A stretch of 64,000 nt of DNA from Candidatus Marinacidobacterium sp. (GCA_965220965.1 OZ244852.1:2720001-2784000); one strand, 5' to 3'. Counted from the first letter of the stretch, positions 29,466-38,779 are shown. The notes: a model not told the origin generated them from the letters alone. A program made the numbers and translations.

Positions 29466-30988
29466 GCGGCTGAATCCAGCCGCACCGTGTTGTCGTACGC
29501 CTCGGTGCGCAGCGCGCCCAGGACGCGATCCGGCCGCGAGACGTAGAACGCGTCGGTCTGGTCGCGGAACTGAAGCTGACGCAGCGAGCGTAGTCCGCGC
29601 CGGATCGCGCGTTCGTAGGCGTCGGCCCGGGCGCCGTCGCCCAGCCCCCGGGCCAGCGTCCGGGCGTCCGCCAGCCCCTCCAGATAGGCGCCGGTCGAGG
29701 CCGCGTGCGGCGGTCCGAAGTCGGGTCGCCGCGGGTTGTAGAAGCGCCCCCACAGGTCGGGCGGCAGCTTCCCCCACTGCTGCATCGGGAGGAGCCAGTC
29801 GCTCATCTCCAGCGCGAACTCCGCGAATTCGCGGCGGCCGGACTGCTGGAACAGGGAAACGCACGCCTGCGTGTGCCAGGGGACGAACGCGGGGTTGCGG
29901 GCGCGCCGATGCCGGTCGCGGCAGCGCTCGAAAGCGGCGGCGCAGCGCTCGAGCGAGGGCGCTCCCGGCATCCGTCGGCGCCGGGCCTCCGCCTGGAAGA
30001 GCAGCGCCTCTCCGGAATAGAAGTTCCAGTTCTGCCCTTCGCGCTCCGGGGGGAAGAAGAACGTGCGGAACCCCTCGCGCTCGTCCTCGAGCGAAGCGAT
30101 GCCCCGCGTGAGCATCTCCAGTTCGGAACCGAACTCGCCGGCCGATGGACTCTCCAGGATGGCGAGCGCGGCGAGCGCGGCGGCGCCCAGCTTGGCGCCG
30201 GTCGGCTCCACGATGGCGCCGCGCCCCTCGCCGATGTTCCGGAAGTACCGCTTCAGGTTGAAGCGCAGGTTGCGGCGGGCGGCCTCACGGATTTCGGCGC
30301 TTCCCCGAAACTCGCCCAGCCGCGCCAGCGAGAGGGTCGCGAGGAATCTTCGAATCGCGTTGTCGGCCTCGGACTCCGTTCCTCGGCTCGGCCAGTACTT
30401 GTAGGGCAGCGAGCCGTCAGCCGACTGGTTGCGTAGCATCCACCGGGAGATGCCCTCCGCCAGCAGGCCGGCGCGGTCTTCGTCGGACGCCGGTTCCGGA
30501 GGAACGAGCGTCGCGCCGCGATGGAGCTCCGTCACGTTGCCGGCGCCTCCCGCGACCAGGAACTGTCGGGCGTCGAACGCGCGCAACCTGCCGTGGACGG
30601 CGAACTCCTCCCGGCTTCGGTTGCGCTTCTCGAGATAGCGCTCCAGCGCCCGCTCGAAGCCCAGATTCCCGGCGATCATCCGCGTCGGCGCGATCCGGAA
30701 CGCCTCGCCACGATCCACGATTTCCATGCCGAGCAGCCCGCGCGCCCGGTGGAGGAAGACCCGGCGCTCCCGCTCCGGCGCCACCGGACGCGGCGCCTCG
30801 GCGAGGCAGACCTCGATGACTTCGCCGGGTTCCGCTCCGACCCGGCGGGACAGGTCATCGAGGCCGGCGCCGGGAATCCAGCCGCTGCGCCGGGCCCGGC
30901 CGCCCCTTCGGATGCAGAACCAGGTGGAGGCTCCGCGCTGGGCCGGCTCCTTCACCGGATCCTCCCGGCGCCGGTTCCCCGTGGTCAC
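29402..30988 (-). CDS. Uncharacterised protein: degenerate AMMECR1-like N-terminus plus alpha/alpha-barrel-like domain
   Basis: RGLLGMEI..F..FDA N-terminal region; [64 protein letters not shown] helical repeats. Family assignment recalled, not searched. Confidence 0.6.
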   Translation of the reverse strand: MTTGNRRREDPVKEPAQRGASTWFCIRRGGRARRSGWIPGAGLDDLSRRVGAEPGEVIEVCLAEAPRPVAPERERRVFLHRARGLLGMEIVDRGEAFRIAPTRMIAGNLGFERALERYLEKRNRSREEFAVHGRLRAFDARQFLVAGGAGNVTELHRGATLVPPEPASDEDRAGLLAEGISRWMLRNQSADGSLPYKYWPSRGTESEADNAIRRFLATLSLARLGEFRGSAEIREAARRNLRFNLKRYFRNIGEGRGAIVEPTGAKLGAAALAALAILESPSAGEFGSELEMLTRGIASLEDEREGFRTFFFPPEREGQNWNFYSGEALLFQAEARRRRMPGAPSLERCAAAFERCRDRHRRARNPAFVPWHTQACVSLFQQSGRREFAEFALEMSDWLLPMQQWGKLPPDLWGRFYNPRRPDFGPPHAASTGAYLEGLADARTLARGLGDGARADAYERAIRRGLRSLRQLQFRDQTDAFYVSRPDRVLGALRTEAYDNTVRLDSAAHALAAAVKLLRAPASPASAA

Positions 30989-31016
30989 GGCGCCTGCGGG
31001 TTCCGGACTTCCGGGG

Positions 31017-32630
31017 TCAGTCGGGGGCGCCGACCAGAATCCCCGAGGGCGTGGACGCGGCGGCGTCGCCGTCCGCCGGCGCCCGGATCGGCCGGTCCCG
31101 CTCGCTGTCGACGACGCACAGGAAGCCGAACGGCTTCTTCGTCCGGTTGACGAGCTGATGGACCTCCAGCGGGCCGACGGTGGCCAGATCGAGCGGCCGG
31201 AGCGGCATCTTGCGTTCGCCGACCTGAAGCACCCCTTCCCCCCGCGCGCCGATCACCACATGGGTGTGGACGTGTCGCTCCAGGCTGGTGTAGCCCCCCG
31301 GCTCGACCTCGAAGTAGCGGACGTGGCAGCGGGTCCGTTCACCGAACTTGCCGACCAGCTCGACCCGCCGCACGCCCCGGAACGCGAGATCGGTCGCGTC
31401 CTTGTAGGGCGAACTGGCGCGGCCCTCCCATTGCCCGTCGCCCAGGAACGCCAGCCGGCGCGGCCCGGGAAGTTCGGGCGGCAGGGCGGGCTCCGGCGCG
31501 ATCGCGACTTCGGGGAATTCCTCCCGGAGAGCCCCCAGCAGTTCCCGCGTTCCGGCTTCCACCCCGGCGGGATGGGTCAGGAGGGCGCCGCCGATCAGCA
31601 GCACCGAGTCCGGGCCGTAGCGGCGGGCGACCTCCGGGACTTCGGCCACCCCCATGCCTCCCGCCGGAGCGGGCCACGCCGGGGCCAGACTCCCGAGGTC
31701 GGTCCGCAGCGCCCGGACGATCGAGTCGCACGCCGCCTCCGGGTAGCGAAAGCGGCCGCCGCGGTCCGGGAAGACCACGACATCCGCGCCCGCCAGCCGG
31801 AAGAGCGTCCCGAGCAGCACTCCCGCGTCCATGCCCCCGGGGTCCCCGTGGGTCGCGGCGCCGGTGAGCGACGGGTGCGCCATGAAGATGAGCGGGTACC
31901 GCGCCGCCAGGTTCCGGACGGCGTCGAGGCCGACGAGCATCGGGCAGACGAGGACGCCGGGGAGCCCCGCCTCCGCCACGAACTCGACGTACCGCTCGAT
32001 CCGGTCCGCCGGAGCGCCGGCGTGCGGCAGATAGAGGGTCTGGCCGCCAGTCGCCTGGTTTCCCCGATCCACCGCCTCGGCGCAGGTCGTGACGCGCGTC
32101 CGGAACGCCTCGAAGTCGTCGGTCAGGTTCTGGTCGTCCTTGACCAGGTCGCCGCCGCCCCGGGCGAACCCCTCGGCGATGGCGGCCAGTTCCTCGTTCG
32201 ACAGCCCTCGCGGCTTCACCGCGGTGGCCAGCAGCGGCCGCCCCAGGACGCCGCGCTGTCGCCGGACCCCCTCGACCCCGTGGTTGGGCCCCCGAAGGTC
32301 GTTCAGGAGCGAGGCGGGCGGTTCCAGCTCGAGGAGCCGGACCCCCGGGAACATCGAGACGTTCCCGAACGAGACATTCAGCAGCCCGAAGAGGTCCGCC
32401 GCCAGCTCCGCCGGGTAGGACAGCTCCACCCGGGAGGCCTCGGGCGCCTCCGGGTCCGCGGCGATCGCTTCGATGCGGCCGACGAGCTCTGCCGAAGGGC
32501 TCCCGGCGGGAAGCAGCGCTTCGGGGACCTCGACCGTCTGTTCGATCGCGATCCGGCGGGCGGACGCCTCGGCGTCCGCCTCCGCCGCCGGGATCCGGTA
32601 GACCGCCCGGAGCCGGTCCTCGGTCAGCAA
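31017..32630 (-). CDS. RuBisCO-like protein (form IV) fused to a C-terminal cupin
   Basis: IAIEQT, FGNVS, RPLLATAVKPRG, GGGDLVKDDQ, MAHPS, RLAGAD, PAPAGG, LLIGGAL; cupin YFEVEPGGYTSLERHVHTH..HQL..GFLCVVDSERDRP. Confidence 0.9.
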   Translation of the reverse strand: MLTEDRLRAVYRIPAAEADAEASARRIAIEQTVEVPEALLPAGSPSAELVGRIEAIAADPEAPEASRVELSYPAELAADLFGLLNVSFGNVSMFPGVRLLELEPPASLLNDLRGPNHGVEGVRRQRGVLGRPLLATAVKPRGLSNEELAAIAEGFARGGGDLVKDDQNLTDDFEAFRTRVTTCAEAVDRGNQATGGQTLYLPHAGAPADRIERYVEFVAEAGLPGVLVCPMLVGLDAVRNLAARYPLIFMAHPSLTGAATHGDPGGMDAGVLLGTLFRLAGADVVVFPDRGGRFRYPEAACDSIVRALRTDLGSLAPAWPAPAGGMGVAEVPEVARRYGPDSVLLIGGALLTHPAGVEAGTRELLGALREEFPEVAIAPEPALPPELPGPRRLAFLGDGQWEGRASSPYKDATDLAFRGVRRVELVGKFGERTRCHVRYFEVEPGGYTSLERHVHTHVVIGARGEGVLQVGERKMPLRPLDLATVGPLEVHQLVNRTKKPFGFLCVVDSERDRPIRAPADGDAAASTPSGILVGAPD

Positions 32631-32631
32631 C

Positions 32632-34584
32632 CTAAGCCGATTTCCGGGCGTATCGGAGCGGGATCGCCACCAGGAACCAGCCGAGCGCGAGGAACACCAG
32701 GAATCCCGGCGCCCCCGAAGGCGTCGCCACCGGAGTCGGCAGCGTGAAGTTCCAGACCGCGAACCCGGAGAGCGCCACCCCCATCAGGGCTTCGCCGGCG
32801 ATGAGTCCCGAAGCGATCAGGGTTCCGGCGCTCTCGCCCCGGGTCCGTCCGGCGGCGTCCATCGACGCCATCCTCCGGTCCGCCAGCCAGCGGAAGCACC
32901 CGCCGACCAGGATCGCGAACGTCGTCTGGAGCGGCAGGTACATCCCCACCGCAATGAGCATCGGGGACGGCGCCCGGATCAGGATGAGGAACAGGCACAG
33001 CGCCAGCCCGAACACCACGAGCGGCCACCGCATGTCCCCGCCGACGATGCCCTGGGAGAGCAGCGCCATGAGGCCCGCCTGCGGCGCCGGCAGCTCTTCG
33101 CCTCCGACCCCGATGCCTCCCGCCGCGATGTCTCCCCGGTGGAGCAGCATCATCGGCAGTACGAGGAAGGCCGAGGCGAAGACCACGCCGATGATCTCGG
33201 CCCACTCCATCCGGAACGGCGTTCCGCCGAGGAGTTGCCCGACCTTCAGATCCTGGAGCATGTCTCCGGCGACCGCGCAGGCGCAGCAAACCACCGCGGC
33301 CACCCCGAGAACCGCCGTCACCCCCTGGGTTCCGGTGACGCCGAGGAAGGTCATGAGCAGCGCCGCCAGCAGCAGCGTGGAGATGGTCAGCCCGGACACC
33401 GGGTTCGAGGAGCTCCCGATGACGCCGACGAGGTACCCGGCCACCGCGGAGAAGAAGAACCCGGCCACGATCATCACGATCGCCGAGCCGAGCGCTCCCA
33501 GCGGCTGCCCGGTGTAGTAGTAGTAGAGGAGGAACGTCGGAACGATCAGGGCGACGACCCCGGCCGTCGTCCAACTGAACGGGATGTCGCGTTCCTTCTC
33601 GTCGCCGCTGGCGGCCGGACCGTGGCCGGAGCGAAGCTCGGCGATCGAGCGGCGGAGTCCCTCCCCGAGCGACTTGCGCATCCGCAGCAGCGTCCAGACC
33701 GCTCCCGCGATCATCGCTCCGACCGCGATCGGGCGGACCAGTTCGGCCCAGACGACCCCGCTGACCGCGGCCCAGTCGGCGCCGGCGGACGCCAGCCGCC
33801 CGGCGTCGGCGAAGTCCGGGTTGAAGAACAGGACCGCCGGGATCATGAACCACCAGGCGAAGACGCCTCCGGAGAACGTCAGCGCCGCCAGCCGGGGTCC
33901 GATGATGTATCCGACCCCCAGATAGGCGGGCGAGGCCGCCGGAGTCGAAAACGGCAGGACCCCGGGCTGCGCCGCGGCGCCGAAGGACTGTCCCCCCACC
34001 GCGATCGCGCCCTGGAAGGAGCCGTAGCCGAAGGCGCCGGCGATCCGGTCGGTGAAGAGCTGGATGCCCTTCGAGTTCTTCAGGACCTCGATGAGCGCGC
34101 CGGCGCCCATCATCTGGAACAGCAGTCGCCCGCCTCCCCCGGCGCCGGCGCGGTGGATCTCGGCGGCGGCGACCGATTCGGGGAAGGGCAGCTCGGGGTC
34201 GTTCACCATGCTCCGCCGCAGGATGACGACGAAGAGGATCCCGAGCAGCCCCCCCACCAGCATGAGAAGCGTGCTCTCGAGGTAGTTGAACTCCTCCCAC
34301 GCTCCGGCCATCAGGAACGCCGGCAGCGTGAAGATGGCGCCGGCGGCGAGCGCCTCGCCCACCGACGCGGTCGTGCGGGCGATGTTCTCCTCGAGCAGGC
34401 TGCCGCGGAACAGGCCGCGGATCACGACCATCGAGACGACGGCGGCCGGGAACGTCGCCGCGACCGTCTGGCCGGCGCGGATCCCCAGATAGGCGTTCGC
34501 CGCTCCGAGGACCACGGCCATGAGCAGGCCGAGCAGGAGAGCCCGGAGGGTGAACTCGCGGGGGGTTCCTTGGGAATTCGCCAT
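32632..34584 (-). CDS. OPT-family oligopeptide transporter
   Basis: EFTLRA..ANAYLG, LEENIART.ASVGE, LPFPE..A, SSSNPVSG, DMLQDLKVG..LGGTP, LPAPQA, ASGLIAGEAL; RBS GAGGAGG. Confidence 0.95.
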   Translation of the reverse strand: MANSQGTPREFTLRALLLGLLMAVVLGAANAYLGIRAGQTVAATFPAAVVSMVVIRGLFRGSLLEENIARTTASVGEALAAGAIFTLPAFLMAGAWEEFNYLESTLLMLVGGLLGILFVVILRRSMVNDPELPFPESVAAAEIHRAGAGGGGRLLFQMMGAGALIEVLKNSKGIQLFTDRIAGAFGYGSFQGAIAVGGQSFGAAAQPGVLPFSTPAASPAYLGVGYIIGPRLAALTFSGGVFAWWFMIPAVLFFNPDFADAGRLASAGADWAAVSGVVWAELVRPIAVGAMIAGAVWTLLRMRKSLGEGLRRSIAELRSGHGPAASGDEKERDIPFSWTTAGVVALIVPTFLLYYYYTGQPLGALGSAIVMIVAGFFFSAVAGYLVGVIGSSSNPVSGLTISTLLLAALLMTFLGVTGTQGVTAVLGVAAVVCCACAVAGDMLQDLKVGQLLGGTPFRMEWAEIIGVVFASAFLVLPMMLLHRGDIAAGGIGVGGEELPAPQAGLMALLSQGIVGGDMRWPLVVFGLALCLFLILIRAPSPMLIAVGMYLPLQTTFAILVGGCFRWLADRRMASMDAAGRTRGESAGTLIASGLIAGEALMGVALSGFAVWNFTLPTPVATPSGAPGFLVFLALGWFLVAIPLRYARKSA

Positions 34585-34631
34585 GGGGCCTCCTCGGTCG
34601 CCAGCCCCTTGAGGCTCTGGGGGCGAGTCGC

Positions 34632-34640
34632 GTTATATCA
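34632..34640 (-). promoter_or_regulatory. Putative extended -10 promoter of the OPT-RLP operon
   Basis: Minus strand TG-A-TATAAC about 50 nt upstream of the ATG. Confidence 0.5.
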
Positions 34641-34685
34641 CCGGCGGACGCCGGTTCCCGCGTCCCCGGCTTGCCGCGCGACGCC

Positions 34686-35750
34686 TTACCGGTATCGGTG
34701 GGAGCGGCGGGGGCCCTCCTCGCCGAGCCGCAGACCGGTGTCGGCGGTGAGCTCGGGGCCGTCCTGGTCCCCTCTGCGGAGCGCCAGCCAGCCGGCGGCG
34801 GCGATCATGGCGGCGTTGTCGGTGGACAGCAGGATCGACGGAGTGAACACCGGAAGTCCCCGCTCGGCGCCCAGCTCCTGGAACCGCTCGCGCAGCGCCG
34901 AGTTCGCGGCGACGCCCCCGGAGAGCAGGATCGAGGCGGCTTCGACGGTCTCGAGCGCGCGCTCCACCGACCGGGCCAGCGCCCGGACGACGGCCGACTG
35001 GAAGGACGCCGCCAGATCGCGGATGTCCTCGCGCTCGAACGGGTCCTCGCCGTCCCCGACCGGCGCGATCCCGTCGCGCTCGATGAGCCGCAGCACCTGG
35101 GTCTTGAGCCCCGAGAAGCTGAAGTCCAGCCGGGCCCCGTCGGAGAAATGGGGCAGCGAGAACACGTGGGCGCCGGGGTCGCCTCGGCGGGCCAGACGAT
35201 CCATGATCGGGCCGCCGGGGTAGCCGAGTCCGAGCCGCTTCGCCAGCTTGTCGTAGGCCTCTCCGGCGGCGTCGTCGCGGGTCTTGCCGAGCAGCCGGTA
35301 GTCGCCGTCGCGCTCGCTCAGGAAGAGGCTGGTGTGCCCGCCGGAGACGACGAGCGCCAGCGCCGGATGGGGGACGTCCGGGCCGTCGAGGTAGCACGCC
35401 CGGATGTGTCCCTCGATGTGGTCCACGCCGATCAGCGGGAGCCCGCGGGCGAAGGCCAGCGCCTTGGCGAAAGAGACGCCCGCGAGGAGCGCCCCGATGA
35501 GCCCCGGCCCCCGGGTGACCGCCACCCCGTCGATGTCGTCGAGGCCGGCTCCGGCGTCGGTGAGCGCCCGGTCCACCACCGGGCGCAGGTTCACCAGGTG
35601 CTGCCTCGAGGCGATTTCCGGAACGACCCCCCCGTAGGGCGCATGCGCCGCGATCTGCGAAGACACGACGTTGGACAGCACCCGCCGCCCGTCCTCCACC
35701 ACCGCCGCCGAGGTCTCGTCACACGAGGTCTCGATCCCCAGGATCTTCAT
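34686..35750 (-). CDS. tsaD: tRNA N6-adenosine threonylcarbamoyltransferase
   Basis: ILGIETSCDETS, GGVVPEIASRQH, HIEGH, VSGGHT, DDAAGEAYDK, FSFSGLKT, GGVAAN, TDNAAM. Confidence 0.98.
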   Translation of the reverse strand: MKILGIETSCDETSAAVVEDGRRVLSNVVSSQIAAHAPYGGVVPEIASRQHLVNLRPVVDRALTDAGAGLDDIDGVAVTRGPGLIGALLAGVSFAKALAFARGLPLIGVDHIEGHIRACYLDGPDVPHPALALVVSGGHTSLFLSERDGDYRLLGKTRDDAAGEAYDKLAKRLGLGYPGGPIMDRLARRGDPGAHVFSLPHFSDGARLDFSFSGLKTQVLRLIERDGIAPVGDGEDPFEREDIRDLAASFQSAVVRALARSVERALETVEAASILLSGGVAANSALRERFQELGAERGLPVFTPSILLSTDNAAMIAAAGWLALRRGDQDGPELTADTGLRLGEEGPRRSHRYR

Positions 35751-35842
35751 GTCCCCGGGTTATAGCGCCTCTTGCGAATCCGACTCCCCGGCGACGGCGC
35801 GGTCCGTTCGTTGTGGTCGCGATCCCTCGCTGACCAGGGAGG

Positions 35843-37315
35843 TCAGCTCCCGTCGGAGAACGCCGCCAGGATCTGCGAAACGGTCGTGTTGAGGTACTCG
35901 TCGAAATGGCCCGGGCTCGGGCCCAGCCGCACCAGGACCACGTCCTCCGACGGGATCACCATCGTGACCTGCCCCATGAATCCCGCGGCCCAGTAGGCGT
36001 CGCTCGGGATGTCGGGGTGACGTCCGCCCCGGTTCAGCCACCAGAGCCCGCCGTACTCCTGTTCCGCTGCTCCCGGGGAGGGAGCGCTCACGAAATCGGA
36101 CCAGCCCTCCGGCAGGATCCGGTCCCCTTCGAAGACGCCGTCCCACAGGTGGAGGAGGCCGAAGCGCATCCAGTCGGCGGCGCTTCCGTACTCGTAGCCG
36201 CTCAGGATGAAGTTGCCCCAGGGGTCCGGCTCAAGCACGAAATCCCGCGACCCGATCCGGTCGAGGAACAGGCGCTGCGGGTGGGTCAGGTACTCCCGGT
36301 CGTTGTTCTCGACCGTCTCCCGGACGATCCGGCCGAGGGTCAGCGGGTCCGAATTGCGGTAGCGGAACTCCGTTCCCGGCTCGATCCCGTAGGGCTGCCC
36401 GGAAGCGTGCTCGAAGACGTTCAGGGCGTCGAAGTAGACGCGCATGTGCTCGTTCTCGGGGACGAGCGACGCGGGGCCCTCGAGGCCCAGGTTCGTCATG
36501 TCGAGCCCGCTGGTCATCGTGAGCAGATGGCGCATCAGGATGGCGCCGCGAGGATCCCCTTCCTCCCTCCACTCCGCGATCGGAGCGGGGGTGTCCAGCG
36601 TGAAGTGGCCCTTCTGCATCAGCGTCCCGATGAGCGCCGCCGTCAGGCTCTTTCCCTCGGACCAACTGATCTGCGGGGTGTTTCGGGTGAAGCCGGGCGC
36701 GTACCGCTCCCCCACGATCCTTCCGCGCCGCACGACCGCGAGCGCGCGGGTGTTCTGCGGCGCCGCCATCGCGGCGTCCAGCGCGGCGTCGAGCGCCGCC
36801 CGGTCCACGCCCGCCTGATCGGGCTCCTCGGCCCCCACATCGCCGAGCGGCCAGTCGGTCTCGTCCGCCGGCGGCTGGTCCCGCGGAACCGCGACCGGCT
36901 CGAAGCGAACCGTGTCCATCCCGTCTTCCAGCAGCGTGCAGCCCTGGTCCCCGTGGTGCTTCGCGGTCCTCGGGTTCACGTCGGCGGCCCACACCGTCGC
37001 GCTCCGCGCCTCGGTGTCCACGGTCCACTCGAAGTCATCCTGCCATCCGAACGCCGGGAAGGGCTGGATGTCCTCCGCCAGCACTGTCTCCGGCGACCGC
37101 TCGGTCACCCGCCCGACGACGAACACCCCGGAACAGAGGTGGTGCGCCGCGATGCCGGCGGCGTAGCGGCGGAACCGCTCGTCGAGGTCGGCGCCCTCCG
37201 GTTCCGACCCGCCGTTCGTCATGCAGGCCGGGACCGCGATCAGCCCGATCCCGAGCAGCGCCAGCAGCGCGATCGTGAGCGTCGTTCCGACGCGGTTCTT
37301 CGTTGACTTGATCAT
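35843..37315 (-). CDS. Serine hydrolase (beta-lactamase/amide hydrolase family), exported
   Basis: Signal or lipo-signal peptide; AHHLCSGVFV, SxxK (WSEGKS), LLTMTSG, FRYRN, AAGFMGQ, VVLVRLG. Confidence 0.9.
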   Translation of the reverse strand: MIKSTKNRVGTTLTIALLALLGIGLIAVPACMTNGGSEPEGADLDERFRRYAAGIAAHHLCSGVFVVGRVTERSPETVLAEDIQPFPAFGWQDDFEWTVDTEARSATVWAADVNPRTAKHHGDQGCTLLEDGMDTVRFEPVAVPRDQPPADETDWPLGDVGAEEPDQAGVDRAALDAALDAAMAAPQNTRALAVVRRGRIVGERYAPGFTRNTPQISWSEGKSLTAALIGTLMQKGHFTLDTPAPIAEWREEGDPRGAILMRHLLTMTSGLDMTNLGLEGPASLVPENEHMRVYFDALNVFEHASGQPYGIEPGTEFRYRNSDPLTLGRIVRETVENNDREYLTHPQRLFLDRIGSRDFVLEPDPWGNFILSGYEYGSAADWMRFGLLHLWDGVFEGDRILPEGWSDFVSAPSPGAAEQEYGGLWWLNRGGRHPDIPSDAYWAAGFMGQVTMVIPSEDVVLVRLGPSPGHFDEYLNTTVSQILAAFSDGS

Positions 37316-37426
37316 CCTTCCGGCCCTCTCCTGTCTCAGCGGAACAGGTACTTGAGTGCGGCTACGAACAGCGCCGTAGATTGAAGCACGAGCCCCCTCG
37401 CCGTCCATTCATCAAGGGCCAGCCAT

Positions 37427-37659
37427 GCAGCCCGTTGACAAAGTCCCGCGGCCCGGTTCTCCCGGTAGGGGCTCGAGCGGCGATGGCCCCCACCGGGAGA
37501 ACTGGCCCCGCCCGAATCACGCCCCTTCGGGGCGCTCATCGTTGCGCTTCATTCGGCATCCCGATGCCGGTTCTCCCGGTAGGGGCCCTCGCTCACGCGC
37601 CTTGTCGGCCGGGCGCCTCACCGCTCTCGGCGCTGCACGCGACTTTATCAACGGACTGC
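37427..37659. mobile_element. MITE-like non-autonomous element (about 233 bp)
   Basis: Terminal inverted repeats GCAGCCCGTTGACAAAGTC ... GACTTTATCAACGGACTGC (17/19 match); internal direct repeat CCGGTTCTCCCGGTAGGGG twice, plus hairpins; no transposase. Confidence 0.75.
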
Positions 37660-37693
37660 TAGGCCGGAGCCCACCGGTTCGATTCCCGTCCCA

Positions 37694-38176
37694 TCAGGCA
37701 TTCGTGATCCGGTACCCCATCATGAGTTCGGAAACCCCGAACGCCCGCGCCAACCTGGGAATTGGCACATGCCGGACGGGCTTCAGAAGCGCCGACGGCA
37801 CGAGAAGGTTTGCGGCGAAGTGGTTGGCTTCCTTTTCCAGAGGATCGTCGTCCGCGGTCAGGTCAGAACGTCGCGGGAGCACGCGGTACCGCCCTGGGTC
37901 GGCCTCGTACGCCTCGCGGTGGAGTAGCCAGTGGCCCAGCTCGTGCCCCATCGTGAAGCGCTGTCTCGTGACCGGATCGGCGACGTTGACGTAGATCCTG
38001 CTGTTGGGGAAGTCGCAACATCCGGAGACGCGGTCCGAGAACTCCCCGAAGCCGGTGAAGACGAGTTCCGCGCCGTTCGCCTCGATCAACTCGGCGACCG
38101 GGATCGGCGGCGTCGGGATTGATGCGGTCAGTTCCGCGGCCCTTTGACGGGCTCTCCGGTAGTCGGGGCTCCTCAC
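37694..38176 (-). CDS. ImmA/IrrE-family metallo-endopeptidase
   Basis: PPIPVAEL, IYVN..DPVTRQRFTMGHELGHWLLH (HExxH), EKEANHFAANLLVP, LARAFGVS; start could extend to 38320. Confidence 0.9.
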   Translation of the reverse strand: MRSPDYRRARQRAAELTASIPTPPIPVAELIEANGAELVFTGFGEFSDRVSGCCDFPNSRIYVNVADPVTRQRFTMGHELGHWLLHREAYEADPGRYRVLPRRSDLTADDDPLEKEANHFAANLLVPSALLKPVRHVPIPRLARAFGVSELMMGYRITNA

Positions 38177-38466
38177 GTTTCGACCCGCCAACTCATGATG
38201 CCCAACCTCCGGCTTCACAGCGTAGCTGTCAGGGAACCGCGAGCGAACGCTGTAGGTGTCGAAATCTACCACTTGCCATGAACGGTGATCTGTTCGTGAG
38301 GGCTCGAATATGACATCCACGGTCGTATCGCGCGCCGTTATCGGCTGTCGGACTGGGCGCCGAGAGTGAGCAGGCGGATCATCTCGACAGTCCCGGGTGT
38401 TGCCGGCTCCTCCGCGACGCCCGCGTGGCCTCCAGCGGCGGCCCTCCCCGCCACACCGCCCGCTTC

Positions 38467-38496
38467 TTGACAGGGAACCCGGCGGGACGGTAGGAA
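38467..38496 (+). promoter_or_regulatory. Putative sigma70 promoter for the leader peptide/ABC operon
   Basis: TTGACA-N18-TAGGAA, 7 nt before the ATG at 38504. Confidence 0.55.
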
Positions 38497-38503
38497 TTGA
38501 CCC

Positions 38504-38779
38504 ATGCGAGGCGGTTGGCGGGGACTCCTGCGCTGGAGCGTGCTGCTTGCGCTCCTGCCGCTCGCGCTGGCGGCGGCTCCCCACTTCCACGACGACGGCG
38601 AAGTCGAGGACGGCCGCTGCGTCCTGTGCCAGGCCAACGAAGGCCCGGCCGTCATGGACGCGGATCCGCAGCCACCTCTCGCCGCTGTTCGCCACGCCTC
38701 GTTCGCCGGTGAGGCGGCGCCCCATGGCGACGCCTGTCTCGAGGGCCTTTCGGCCCGGGGCCCTCCCATCCGAGCCTGA
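38504..38779 (+). CDS. DUF2946/CruR-like leader peptide (TM/signal segment, His, CxxC, C-terminal RGPP)
   Basis: Hydrophobic N-terminus, PHFHDD, CVLC, and ARGPP three codons before the stop. Confidence 0.8.
   Translation: MRGGWRGLLRWSVLLALLPLALAAAPHFHDDGEVEDGRCVLCQANEGPAVMDADPQPPLAAVRHASFAGEAAPHGDACLEGLSARGPPIRA

Noticed and set aside
31017-32630. True RuBisCO / CO2 fixation
   Set aside because: KDDQ instead of KDDE, short form IV-type sequence, and no rbcS or prk nearby.
37381-37994. Small ORFs across the MITE
   Set aside because: No coding motifs; explained by the repeat element and the antisense strand of the ImmA/IrrE gene.
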